This document shows positions 48,258 through 61,744 of a DNA stretch of 64,000 nucleotides, piece after piece (the stretch's first letter is position 1; the number at the start of each line of letters is the position of its first letter). The position numbers and the translations under genes are program-made. The notes under the pieces are model-generated. The model saw only the letters and a list, made by a program, of their open reading frames with translations. It was not told the DNA's origin and searched no databases. Source of the DNA: Heteronotia binoei (taxonomy: Eukaryota). Location: NCBI RefSeq assembly GCF_032191835.1, contig NC_083224.1:132556001-132620000 (forward strand). The letters are read 5' to 3'.

Positions 48258-50061
48258 AGATTACATAAACTAGAATAATTTGTTTCTCCATTTATTTATT
48301 AAATGTGAATAAAATGATTTGAACAAAACAGAGTGATGACTGGCACCCAACTCTTCTTTTCTTCTAAATCTGCGCTGACAAACCATGGGTTTCTGTCAGG
48401 GGCGTTCTGTCCAGGAGGGTCTTGCCTTCCAGCTTCTCCTTTTCTAATGTACCTGTCACCTGCGAATGATGCCTCAGTGATGGGGATGGGAGATTCCTTC
48501 ACCCTGGTTCCTTCTTTCCATGGCCTCTAGTTGCCCTCTGGCTTGGCATTTGCAAAGGCAAGTGAGGTGAAGGCAAGGCAGTGCAGCAAGGTAGGGCAGG
48601 CTCCCAGCACCTTGGAGCGCATCCACCACCATGCCACCCCCCATCAGTCTTCCTGGGGTTGGTGGGGCAGCACATGCACTCGGAACATGCCCTCCCTTGC
48701 TGCAGAAGCCTTCTGTGGCAAGGGAAGGCAGGCTCTGAGCACTTCCAAGAGCACCCGCTGCTGCGCCGCCCCTGGTGCTCCTTGCCCACCACTGCTGCCA
48801 CATGCATGCAGCACTCCTGGTAGGTGATGAGGTGGAAGAGGGTAGAGATGCAGGCAGCAAAGACAAGTGCAGCAGCTGCAGGGAAGGGGGACCAGGGTCA
48901 GCAGGATGGCAAGGGAAGGGGGAGTCCATTGGCTGCCCCTGTGGCCAGGTGGCACCCTCAGCATCTATCTGGCCTAATGGGATGCACCAGCCCTGATTCC
49001 AGCTGGATCCAGGAACCTTCTGGAAAGATGTGAGATGTACTGCAGGATGCTAGCATTGAAAGAGGGGTCAGTAAAAATCAGAGATTTCCTCTTGAATTCC
49101 TGAAGTGCCTTCTGCTTGTGTAAGAAGTCCTTTGGTTGCCAGCCAATAAAAATGGACTGAAAATAAGGGATATTTTATTGCATTTTTATTTTTTATATAC
49201 CACCTTATCTGAATGTTGGTTGTACCATGGCTTATGTAGTTTCTGCTAACTGAAACTTCCAAATGTCTTCTGTTTCACCAAAAATATGTTAATATTTGAC
49301 ACCATAATGCACATTCATCATAAAAATCAGACAAATGTGTGTAAGTATATATTTCTGACACCTAGTTGCCTGTCCCTGTAAGGCCTGCATCTAAACATAA
49401 CAATACCTCATGCAATACTGAGGGTAGCACACTGATTTCCCATCACCAAAACTGTTGAATATTAGGGATATAACTCTGACCTTTGAGTAGGCTTGCCAGG
49501 TCCAACTCAGGAAATATATGTGGACTTTTTCAAAGCTATAAATATTAAAATCAATAATGCCAGAAATCAACACTTCAAAATTTGAAATAAACATATCCTA
49601 AAAACATATCTTATGATGCAAACAGAACACTCTCAAATAGTCTCTCACAGTACTGCAACCTTCCACATCATGCATAGAATTCTAATAACATCACTTCTCC
49701 ACGGGCAGAAGTATAAGGACACAGTTCTGGTACATGTAATTAAACACTACAATTTTCCATTAAAGAGACAGTAACCTATAGCCAATGTCAGTCATCATAC
49801 ATATTGCAAAGTTATACAAACAAGACAAACTCTATTCTGTATTCAGTGACTCACACTTATAATACCCTGGAAGTGGAAAAAAAAATAATTACAGCAACAG
49901 AAAAGATGAATCTTCTGACTGAGCACATTAACACCTAATGGATTGAATACAGAATAGGATCTTTTTTTATGCTTCTATTACGTAATTTGAGCAACAAGAG
50001 CAACTATCTTCAGATTTGCCTGAATGGTCCCCAGTTAGGCCAAATGATATTAGATGTCTAA

Positions 50062-51510
50062 TTAATTTAATTTAATTTAATTTTTAGATTTATATCCCGT
50101 CTTTTCTCACAAGTGGGCTCAGGGCGGTTTACAGCAAAGTTTAACATACTTACAAATTAAAATATAAAAACATAAAACCGTACACCATAAAAATCTGAGG
50201 GCAGTGCAGCATATCAACCAACAAGCGCAAGAAGGTATATCTACACAACAATGTATAGGTCAATGTCTAGCAACATAGCACAATCACAGTAATGGTAAAA
50301 ATTTTGGGGGGAGGCAGCTGGTAACAAGAGGACACCTGCCAGATCAGTTAAAAGCCTGGTGGAAGAGCTCTGTCTTACAGGCCCTACGAAACTTTGATTA
50401 GTCCCGCAGGGCCTGGATCTCCAGTGGGAGCTCATTCCACCAGGTAGGGGCTCAGACCGAGAAGGCCCTAGCCTTTGTTGAAGCCAGCCAGGCATCCTTA
50501 GGACCAGAGGCCACAAGAAGATGTTGCGCAGCACATCTCAGAACCCAGGGTGGATCATATGGGGAGTGGTGGTCCCAAAGATAAGCAGGCCCTTGGCCAT
50601 ATAGGGCCTTAAAGGTGAGAACCTTCAAACAGATCTGGTACTCAAGGGGTGCCAGTGCAGCTCGCACAGTACTGAGTGGATCCGTGCCTGCACAGGCATC
50701 GAGGTCAGCAACCGTGCTGCTGTGTTCTGCATCCACTGGAGTTTCCACAGCAGGACCAAGGGTACCTCACATAGAGTTACAATAGTCTAATCTGGAAGTG
50801 ACCGTTGCATGAATCACTGCGGCTAGATCATGGGAGGCAAGTAAGGGACCAACTGCCAAGTCTGCCTCAGATGGAAAAAGGCGATCTCTGCAATGGCAGC
50901 AACCTGGGCCTCCATAGATAGAGAGGCATCCAGGAGTACCCCCCAAACTCTTCACACCACAGTCAATGGCACCAATTCGGTACTGTCAAAGGGTGGGAAC
51001 CCGCTCCCCCACAACCCAAGCCAACTCTGACGCAGCCAACCAGTCACTGCCTGCAATGCCTCACCCAGTTCTTTGGGGACAGAGCCTGGGCGGCCATCCA
51101 TATGCAGATAGAGCTGGGTGTCATCAGCATATTGGTGACATCCCAGCCCATACCTCCAGATCATCTGGACAAGGGGGTGCATATAGATGTAAAATAGCAT
51201 CAGGAAAAGGATCACCCCTTGTGGCACTCCACATTCTAGTGGGTGCCACTGGTACACTTCTCCCCTGATAGCCACCCTCTGTCCCGACCCTGGAGAAAGG
51301 AGGTCAGCCACTGCAAGGCTAATCCCCGAATCCCTGCATTGGCAAGGCAATGGGACAAAACATCAAGGTCAACTGTATCAAATGCTGCTGACAGATCCAA
51401 AAGTATCAGCAGCACCAAACCGCCTCGATCCAGATGCCTCCAGAGGTCATCCACTAAGGCAACCAGCACTGTCTACATCCCACAGGAAGGGCAGAAGCTG
51501 GGCTGGAAGA
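50062..51510 (-). mobile_element. 5'-truncated, decayed L2
   Basis: (AATTT)n tail; minus-strand HQYADDTQLY, GVPQG, LDLSAAFDTVD, VTSRLDYCN in the ORF track. Confidence 0.85.
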
Positions 51511-51544
51511 GTTAATTAATTTTAATTAATCCCTGGCTTTAATT

Positions 51545-51700
51545 GAAAGTCAGGAAAGCACCAGGTCCTGATGGACTTCCCTCAGAACTATTTAAAGATC
51601 ACTTAGACTGGTGGGCTCCCCCATTGTCTACCCTTTTTACTTTAATAGACAAAAAGGGATCATGCCCAATACATGGGTGAATACCACCATAGTACCGACA
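51545..51700 (+). mobile_element. Small non-LTR RT N-terminal fragment
   Basis: KSGKAPGPDGLPSELFK..WWAPPL; clade not assignable by eye. Confidence 0.55.
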
Positions 51701-54700
51701 ATTATATTTGATTATTATTTTTAAAGTTCATTAAAAAGAGCTGTAGGATTTGCAGAACTGCAATGCCTAATTAGGTACTTTAGTACTCACTTTATAATCC
51801 CATATGCCTTGTGGCTGGTTTACATTATAAATCCTTCAACAGGTATTTTCAAAATAAGAAATTTAATATAAAATAATTACCATCTTTGGTCATTTGGGAA
51901 TACATTATTAATGCCACAGACACACATTTTAATCCAGTTACAACATGGCTCCTGAAATTAATAAAACGGCAAGAAACGGACAAGCTGCTGAAATCCGAAA
52001 AGGAAAACATATAGAATGTATCACAGGATTAGAGTTCTATAATAGATGTAAAATAGTGTAGCACATCTCAGAACCCAGGGTGGCTCATATGTGGAGTGGT
52101 GGCTAGAAGATTAAGGTAAGAGGAAGACTAGGCAAATAATGTATTATTGGCAATAAAACTTGGAGGGGAAAACAGAAATTTGGGTCCTGGGCCAAGGGAA
52201 TTATTAATACACTGTTGACTATGATAATTAGAATTTTGAATTTAACAGATAAAATCTAATAAATATAGCTAATAAAGCTGCTGGTTGCTCTGGAACTATT
52301 AAATGCCTAGGCAGTGATACAGGGGACTGGGGAATTAAGGAAAAGTAGTAGTTCCATAAGGTAATACAATCCATGGCTGTTGTAGCCAGCATGGGGACAG
52401 CATAGGCAGCACCCCCTATCAATTTTGCTGCACCACCTGGGCCATGTGTTTGTGTGCATGCCAGAGAGAGAGAGAGCCTGTGTTGATGAGAGGGAAGCCT
52501 TGAAACAGCCATTGCAGTGGGGGATGAAGACCTGGCCATACCTGCAGGGAGGGAGGCAATCTGGCTTTTGCTCCTCCCCTGCTTTCAGGCACTGAGCTGC
52601 AGCACCTTTTGTCATTGGAAAGGCTGGCAGGCTCAGCAATTCGCCCAGTATGTTATGGAAGTTTGCTTTAACCCCTTTGCTGCTGCAGCATAGGAACTTC
52701 CTTTTCAGCACTGAGTTGCCTGTTGCAGCTACAAAAACTAGCTCTCCCTATAGTGCTAAAGCAGGTTTGCCTGCCAGTTGCAAAATGTAGCTGTCAGCCA
52801 GGCAAGCAGCATTCCTAGGTCTCACTGTGTGGCTGCCAGGAACACACACACCCTGGCATGCACCTGATTTCCTGCAACCTCACAGCCCAAACCAAGCAGT
52901 GAACTTCGGACCATGGAGGATGAAGTGGAAGTTACATGTGAGTGTAGCTACTGTAGTTTGTAGCTACAGACTCCAAATACCTACCAACAAAAATATTCTT
53001 AGCTACAGGGCTGCTATAACCTCTTAAAACATCATGGGTGCCCAGCTCCTAAAATGAATGTTGTGAATTGTACAGCTTCAAGCAGATCTAAAAATACTTA
53101 TTCTCATAATGAAACATCTATAAATGAAAGCAGACTTATTCAATATTATTTAAACATTCAACTTAAAATCTGACTGTAGATATTTTGTGCTATTAAAAAT
53201 GCATTACATATTGTTCATCTCTGTACAAATACGGTAATAGTATGGCACAGAGAAAAGTAAAGATGCTTCAGTGTCAAGCTAAATCCACCTAAATGAAAAC
53301 AAGCATTTATCCTAATTTTATGCACCAAGCAATTTTCATAATGCACTGTAACGGTTTTATGTTTTTACTTCAATGCTGGGCTAATTCTATAAACCCTTTC
53401 GAGAATCTCTTTTATCAACTGGTACCTCTCAACCAAGGATTCATTCATAATTCACCAATTGCTCCTTCAATTGTATAACGTGTGATCAGTTAGAATAACC
53501 TGCACATGAACAATGTACCACAATCTCAGTGAAGTGTGTGTGTGGGGGGGGGGAGGGTGGAATCAGCCACTATTTGTGAAAGCAGAAACTTGACTAAAAT
53601 AAATCAAAATCAGTTGGTTCACCTCAGTTTGGAGGTTCGAGTTTCTCAAAAAGCAGTCCCCCATACCAAGTGTAAAGACTATGGCTTCAAAGAAAGATAA
53701 TTTTTAAAAATCCTATTGGGCTACTTAAGATCACCTAACAAAGATCTTTAGAGCCTGGTGACACAATAAAGGCATGTATAATTTTCTCTGATTATTACGT
53801 GGTTTATGTCTAGTTAATTAATGCTAACATACATGGCATATGAAGTACATATGAAGTACCCAGTCACATTGTGCTGTTATGTGAAAGACCCAACACTAGA
53901 GGTATGCATTTTTTCCCCTGTATTTTTTGAACCTAAAATTTTTTTGGGATTTCTGAAAAAAAAAAAACTGGATCCCAATACTGGTAAAATGTTTAGATCT
54001 GGGATTTTGGGGAAATCCTGAATTTTTTCAGGTCCAATGCACCTGAACAAAAAAAAATACAGGGGGGAAAGTGGCAAAGCTTAAAAAAAAAAAGTGGAGA
54101 GGCAGCTTAGTTGGGGCTTTTGGGTGGCAAGTCCCTTTAAACTGGACTGCCCAAAAGAGCTCACAAAGGAGACAATCCTATGGGGAGAACTCTCCCTGCA
54201 GGCTCAGCTGGGGCTCTGCTGGGCAGCTCAGTTTAATTGCTCAACAGAGTCAGCCAAGGAGCTGATCCTGTGGGGAGAACTCTTCCTGCAGACTCTGCAT
54301 GATGTCTGCTGGGTTTAATCCAGATTGCCTGACAAAGCCCACAAAGCAGCTGATCCTGCAGGGAGAACTCTCCTCACAGGCTCTGCTGGAGCTCTCTTCA
54401 GCAGTTTGGTAGAATAGCCCAAAAGAGCCCCAGCTGAGCTGGTGGGGAAGGATCCCCCCACAGCTGTTTTGCAAGCTGTCTTCTGCAGTCCCTTTAAATA
54501 CCCTCTGATTAAAAGGACTGAAGAAGGAAGTCCAAAAATAGCTGAGTGGTGGGAGTCCCAGCCCCTCAGCTGCTGTTTGAGTTTGCAGGTAATTCCTGAA
54601 TATATCAGGGATTGTTTTTCTGCTTCTCCTGAAAAATCCCAGATACATTTGGGATGTTGAAATATATAGAAAAATACCAATAAGGTGTTTTGACGGTATA

Positions 54701-55511
54701 TCTTCAGTTCAGGTAGATCTAAAGAAGAGTACCTGTGGGTTGCTAGGCACTATAGGTCAGCCATCAGAGAGGCCAAAGCTTATGAGCTAAAGCTGGTCAA
54801 GAAGGTTTGCTTCAACAAGAAAATCTTCAGGTATGGGAAGAGCAAATGTAAGATAAAAGAGGCATTTAGCTCACTGTTGGGTGAAAATCGTGAAACTCTG
54901 ACAGAGGACAGAGAGAAAGTAGAAACGCTTAATGCCTATTTTGCCTCAATTTTTCCCTTAAGAAGAGTACAAGTTCAACTAGAGATGGTAGTAGGCAAGG
55001 CATGACATCCACGCTGCTCGACAGAGAGGTAGTTGAGAAGCATCTGCCTGCATTGAATGAGTACAAATCTTCTAGGCCAGATGGTATGCACCAAAGAGAG
55101 CTCAAAGAACTTTCTAGAGAGCTTGCAGAGCCTTTGCCCATCATCTTCCAGACCTCTTGTAGGATGGGAAGCATGCCACAAGACTGGATGAGGGCAGATA
55201 ACCCAGGAAACAACAGGCCAGTCAGGGAAGATATTGAAGCAGATCTGTGAGCATCTAAAGGACAACTTGGTGATCCAGGCCAAGTTAGCAAAGATTTGAC
55301 TCCAACAGTTTCTGCCAGACCAACCTCATTTCCTTCTTTGATTGAGGGATGAGCTTGCTGGATAGAGGGAATGCTGTTGATGCTGTTTACCTGGATTTCA
55401 CTAAAGCTTTTGACAGTGTTTCCCATGATGTTCTGATGAGTAAACCAGAGGGCTGTGGATTGGACTCAATGATAGTTAGGTGGATAGGAAATTGACTGGA
55501 GAACTGCACTC

Positions 55512-57959
55512 TAGGATTTTATAATTTTTATTGATTTTAACTACAAAAAGATAAAGCAGTGCAAAAGATACATAAAAGGGGGAAAGGGGCATTTACAGAA
55601 TGGGAAAAGCAGAAACAGAAAAAAGCACAAATATATCAATTATAATTCTACCTCCAAATAGACTACCCAGATCATTCTACCTGCAAGTATAAAGATCTCC
55701 ATATATTTTACCATCCTTTCTTTCATTACAGAAAATTTTTAATAAACTAATACTAGCAATATGAATCTAAACAATTCTTCTTGAACACAAATAAGTATAT
55801 AAAGTTAAGGAAAAAAATTCAAAACCATCTCAGCACCAATTTTGCCTGATTCAGCTTAACCCTATTGTAAGCACAAATTAAATTGTTGGTTTAACAAAAT
55901 CCTTATTAAAATAAACACAGATATCATATCTTTATCTTTAACAAATTAAAAAAAATACAATTTAATAATTTGTCTCTCAGTCTGAACAGTTTCTTCAAAG
56001 AGGCATGTTAGAAACAATCTACCAGATTACAAAACAATTGTGCTATCTACCTTTTCAGCAATTAATCCAACTCTTACACCAATATGAGCATTTTCACCAA
56101 TTAAACATATTATGAATAAATCTGCTATATCTTTAGCATTAATTCAAATAAACTATATATATATAATTAAAGTTTTAACAACTCCCTTCCTTTTTTAGGA
56201 TCTCCCATGTTTTTAAAATCACTATTCATAATTAATAATTGCATATTTGTTTACCGACAAAAAAGAAAGAAAAATCTTAGTTCAGGAATCCATCTTCCCA
56301 AAATTTAAACACTTTTAGATTTCAATGCGACCCAAACATCACACTTTGCCTTTTAAAATCGCATGCCGCTTCTTAGTGAGAGTTCCATATCCAGCCATCC
56401 ACAAGAATGAGAAAAGTTCAAAATCCTTCATCCTGAAAGCTTTCCACATCTTAATTTGCTGGTCGGGATGTACCCTTTCTCTTCTCAGTGTGGCCTGCCC
56501 CGTCGGCAATGAGAGGAAGAATTCAATGCCATTTTTCCCTCTCCTCATGACTTCACTGAATCTTAATTTCCGGTCTTGTTTTACTGCTGTGACATAGGGA
56601 TCCATTTTGGTTTTCTTTTGTGGGTTTCAGAGCGTAACACTTTCCCTTTCCATTTCCACAGACATCGGCAGAATCTCTTTAGCACTCAACTCCTGTAGAC
56701 AGAGACAAATCTCTCTAAAATTATCTTCTTTATGTTCAGATCATATTGCAGCCTAATGATAGTCTCTTTTGCATATGTCCAATAATAATCAGGGTCGATT
56801 TTAGTATTTGTATTCAATCAATTTAAATAGTTAACGATACTTAAGATTGTTTGTAGACTTTTCGAGGCCTCATTTCTCTTCTTTTGAGCTATTATGAGTT
56901 GTTATGCAAAGCGACCCATTAGCCAGCGTTATTGAAAAATCACTTACTAGTCAAGTAGAATTGACACATTAGGAGTAGAAAGACGTTTGGAAAAAGTGTG
57001 GGGGAACAGGCACGTTGAAACATTGCTGGTGGGAGTGTCCGCAAGTGCAGGCTTTTTGGAAATCAGTGGTTAAAATTGCAGGGGAAATAATAGATTTTGA
57101 TATTCCTTTCTTGCCAGAGTCTGTCCTCCTAAATATTTGGGATAACAAAGCATGCTCTAAAACAAAAATGGAACTTCTTTCAATTTTATTATTAGCAGCC
57201 AAAATCAATATAGCACAATGTTGGAAATCAGATAAATGCCCAACTATTCGCCAATGGTACAAGTATGGGATTTGATGATCCAAGATAAATTGTCTACAAG
57301 CATATTAAGATATGAAAATCCAAGGCCAGCTGATAACTTTGTTGAGAAGTGGTTTTTCTTTCTCTCTTATATTAATGAGAAACCTTCATCAAGCCTACCT
57401 ACTCCAAAAAAGTATCTGGATTTCATTATTTATTGTCTATTTTTGTGATTTATTTTGAGTCTTTATCTGTTATGTAAACTACTCATATATCGACTTTTAG
57501 GTGTGTGAGTGATTGTAAAGAATCCATTTTATTTATAACTTATACTATTTAATTTATATTTTGATGTAAAATGATAATGCCCAGCTTACTTGTATATCAA
57601 AGATTTTGATTAAGCTGTATTGAGTTATTTAAAATAATAAAAATTATTAGTTATAAAAAAAGAAAGATGCTACATCAAAGGCACACTGAGAAAAGCGAAA
57701 GAAAGAAAGAAAGAAAGCAGTCGGGTGTTTTTTCTGCTGGTGTGCCAGCTTTCATGGCAGTGGAGCCTCGGGACATGCAGGAGGCACAGGGACAGCCGCC
57801 ACTGAACCCCTAGCCCCCCATGCCGAAGAAAAAAACCCTCCAGGGCCTTTCTATGGGGGCATCACTTCCGTGACACCCCTCCAACAGCCAGAATCAGAGG
57901 CACCACAGGAGGACGATCTGCGGACACCTCTGAAGGCAAGATGATGGAGCCCAGAAGTC
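55512..57959 (-). mobile_element. TSD-flanked retroposed insertion, probably an L1-dependent non-autonomous element
   Basis: 16-bp TSD ctggagaactgcactc (55496-55511, 57960-57975); GC-rich GACTTCTGGG.. 5' end, A-rich sense strand, AATAAA at the 3' end. Confidence 0.6.
56986..57660 (+). mobile_element. L1 3' fragment (ORF2 C-terminus, 3' UTR, poly-A) nested in the above
   Basis: GTLKHCWWECPQVQAFW..LLLAAK..IAQCW, homologous to the C-terminus of the 30292 ORF; possible TSD agaaagaYg. Confidence 0.85.
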
Positions 57960-58304
57960 CTGGAGAACTGCACTCAAAAGAGTAGTTGTCAATGGCATTT
58001 CATCTGAATGGAGGGAGATGTCCAGTGAGGTGCCAGGGCTCAGTTCTGGGTCTGGTACTTTTCAATATTTTTATCAGTTATCTGGATGAGGGTGTGGAGG
58101 GGCTAATTATTAAATTTGCAGATGACATCAAATTGGGAGGAGTAGTGGACAAATCAGAAAATAGAGACAGCATTCAATGAGATCTGATCACACTGGAAAA
58201 GTGGACAGAAGTGAACAAGATGCAATTTAACAAGGATTTCTATGTCTGAGTAACAAAAATGAGGAACATGTATACTGCATGGAGACACACTTCTGGGTAG
58301 CAGG

Positions 58305-58824
58305 TAGGGTTGCCAAGTCCAATTCAAAAAATATCTGGGGAGTTTGGGGGTGGAGCCAGGAGGCTTTGGGGGTGGAGCCAGGAGACATTGGGGGTGGAGC
58401 CAGGAGCAAGGTTGTGACAAGCACAATTGAACTCCAAGGGAGTTCTGGCCATCACGTTTCAAGGGACTGAACACCTTTTAAATGCCTTCCTTCCATAGGA
58501 AATAATGAAGGATAGGGGCACCTTCTTTTGAGGCTCATAGAATTGGACTCCCTGGTCCAAACTTTTTGAAACTTGGGAGGTATTTTGGGGAGAGGCACTA
58601 GATGCTATACTGAAAATTTGGTGCCTCTATCTCAAAAAACAGCCCCCCCCCAGAGCCCCTGATACCCACAGCTCAATTCCCCATCATTCCCTATGGGAAT
58701 CGTTCATGGAGGTGCATGATGGCTCTGGGGGCGGGGCTTCCCCTGCCAGCCAGCTGGCTGGGGGAGGGGGGAAGCCTGTAAAACTGGGGGATCCCCTTCT
58801 GGGACCTGGGGATTGGGAAGCCTA
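58305..58824. mobile_element. hAT MITE
   Basis: TIRs TAGGGTTGCCAA / TTGGGAAGCCTA; perfect 8-bp TSD gtagcagg (58297-58304, 58825-58832); three internal GGGGGTGGAGCCAGGAG repeats. Confidence 0.9.
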
Positions 58825-60559
58825 GTAGCAGGGTGTATGAACAAGAACTTAGGGTATGGGTGTACCGCAAATTAAATATGAGTAGCCAGTGTGAAGCAGC
58901 AACAAAAACAGCTAATATGATCTTTAAGTGTATGAACAGAGGCTTAACATCCAAATGTGATGTCATAGTCCTCAGCACAATCCCATCTGTGTGCTTTCAT
59001 CACAGGATGACTAGAAAATTCTGTTGTTTATTCCATTTGATTGTTTTCATCAGCTAACTAATGTAATGTAGATTTTAAAGATCAGTAAACTGGCATCTAT
59101 CCAGTTAAAGTCACACATTGTACATGTAACTACTTGCATCAGACTGACAATAAGGATGTATCTTTAGATGCACATACAAAGGTTAACACAACAGAAGGTA
59201 ATCTGATGTCAAACTTGTGCATTTCTTTCATACTTACAAAATGGGGTGTTCTGTAATCATTATAACTAATATGAAAATGAATCAAGTTCTTTAAACAGCC
59301 TATAACAAAAAAACCCATGATTTCTTCCATTTTCTTCTGGTTTCTTTCATTATTGCAATCTCTGCCTCTATTGGTTTTCTTTTACAAGGCAAGCCAACAT
59401 TTTCCTTTAAAAAGGGATAGAGAACACAGTATTCCTTAGGAGGATGGAGGCTCTGCACTTTCTTGATTGTCTGCAAGCTCTAGCTACTAGGATTGCATAT
59501 ATGTGAGGTATTCCAATCCTGAAGGACCTCAAGGTCTTCCTGCTGCTTTCTGCCTGCCTAGATGCTTATGCCACCAGATGCCCTTGACTTATCACTCTGT
59601 CTCATCCTCATGCCACTGCTCTTCTGAATCTCTAGTACTATCTGCACTATTGGGAGTTTTTCCTACACTTTAATGTAAAACACTAGGTACTTTACATTGC
59701 TTCCAAAAGGGGTCTCTCTCTCAAATTTGGCCATGTGAGTGCTGAATACCACCCTTCCCCCAATTTTTATCTTATTTTGTACAAAAAACCATGAAACTAC
59801 AAATCTGAGGAAGGGGAGAGGCATCTTCCCTTGAAACCAATAAGAAATAATGAAACAGAATTATGAAAATTAATAATGAAAATGAAACAAACAAAAGCCC
59901 TCTTGTACACAAGTCTAACAAAGAAAAACAACATATGCATTCATACGTCCATTCTCTCTGTCTGACACTTGTATAATATATATTTACTGCTTTTAAAAAT
60001 CTGACCAAGAGTTATTTAATTACAGCAACTGTCTTAGTTTTTCATCACTGAATGTACTTTCTATATTCTACCTGAATATTCTAATGGCATTTTAAATGGC
60101 AAAACAGGCTCTCTTTTCACCTTATCTTGCTTTGTTGAGATCCTATGGCCTAGTTTCTGTGCAAAATTAGCTTTTGAAAATGATGGGAAATAAATGACAT
60201 ATGAATGTCTGATGTAGAATGATTATAATTATCATTTGTACCTTATTATTCAATAATGGAAGCCAGTCATGTTTAATTTTCCAGAATGATTATATTTCTA
60301 GCACACATGAAAGAAATGTTAAATGAGCTGCGTGGTTTTTCACATTTGTGCCCAGCTATTTTTAAATGGAGTCTTTAGAAAAGACTCTGTAAGTGTTAGC
60401 CGGAAGAAGCAAAATATTTCAGTTTTGAAGGAATATTATTTCATCCTATGAATTCCAGCCTTTGTTTTTGCATGTAACTGTAGAATTGGGTAGTGACAGT
60501 ATAGTCACTTTCTCTTAAAGCCCCTTTCCTTTATAACTGACATGAAAATGCTTTAGGTG

Positions 60560-61430
60560 GGTAGCCATGTTGGTTTGAAGCAACAAAACAAAATTTGAGT
60601 TCAGTGGCACCTTTAAGACTAACCAATTTTATTTAAGGTACAGGCTTTCATACGCATGCACACTTCAGGTACACTGAAATGGAAGTTACCAGTCCATACA
60701 TTTAGGTAGAGAGTAAGCAGCAAATTAGCATGCAAAATAAAGAGGATGTTTAACAGATACAAGGACTAAACAGGAATAACAAGCTTAGTTTATTTTTTTT
60801 TATTTAATGTGGCCAGGAGGCGCTGCCTGTCTCTATGGGTGTACCCCACAGAAATAATGGGATTCCCAGCTACGGAAACAAAATGGATGCTGCTTGTCAG
60901 AAACAGCCCATTGAAACCTCTCTCTCTGCAAAATATTAGAGGAATATGCTTGGGCTTGTTCTGATTACATTATAGGCATCCTCCTGGTCTGACCTCTCTC
61001 CCCCTCCCAACAGAATGTTGAAACATTAAGTGTTCACAGGTAATGTATTGTTTCTGTCTTAATCCTCAGCCACTAATTAATGGTCCATCTTCCTGGCTCC
61101 TTACTCCAACTCAGCTTCTTCTGTTTACTTTTATGCTAATATCTGCCATATTGCAGACATCCTTTTTCTTCCACACTGACTCCTCCTCAGAGTATCCAGA
61201 CTAAATTGATTACAAACATTAAACCCATCAGTACCCATCGTGGCAGACATCTAGTCATTCTCACCTATTGTTTTGAGCTGGGAACCCATTCAGGTATAAA
61301 GGAAAGACACATCAGCAACCATTACGAACCAATTTAGCTCTGGGAGTAACCCCTCCCTTCCAAACCCTATAAACCAGGACAGCAAGACACACCTGCTTGT
61401 TCAATCTGGAAACATAGGTTTTTCTCCCCA
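60560..61430 (-). mobile_element. Decayed Penelope-like element
   Basis: Reverse complement of the PLE tail (GAGTTCAGTGGCACCTTTAAGACTAAC..GCTTTC) followed by degraded RT/endonuclease-like sequence. Confidence 0.5.
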
Positions 61431-61744
61431 TTACTCTGAGTAATGGGCCTCAGACATGGCATGATGGCAGTGCATGTCTCCAAATTTAATTGCTAAATGG
61501 AAGTCAGCACATCAAGGACAGGTAATATCACCCTCTTCAACAACCCTTAAAATTCCGTATCACTCATCTCTAATTTACCTAGTCCATGAGTGTGTGTAGT
61601 TTATTGTTTGTGTGTTACTGTACCTTTTAAAATGTTTTTCTAGTAAAAAAATTTAAAATATATTTACTTTGGAGTTTTTCTTCCTGAAACTGGACCTTCA
61701 TATTATTGGTGGAAAAGATCCCTGTTCTAATTGGCTCTACCTAG

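Larger units (their letters stand above)
54740..58985 (+). mobile_element. Decayed CR1 ORF2 fragment in three pieces (54740-55511, 57976-58304, 58833-58985)
   Basis: PDGMH, AVYLDFTKAFDSVSHD, VLGLVLFNIFI, KFADD remnants; interrupted by two insertions with TSDs. Confidence 0.8.

Noticed and set aside
61669-61744. N-terminal extension of the 374-aa BovB ORF as a host-TE fusion
   Set aside because: The ORF start is a near-cognate codon (TTG) in flanking DNA that happens to be open; there is no splice or promoter evidence.
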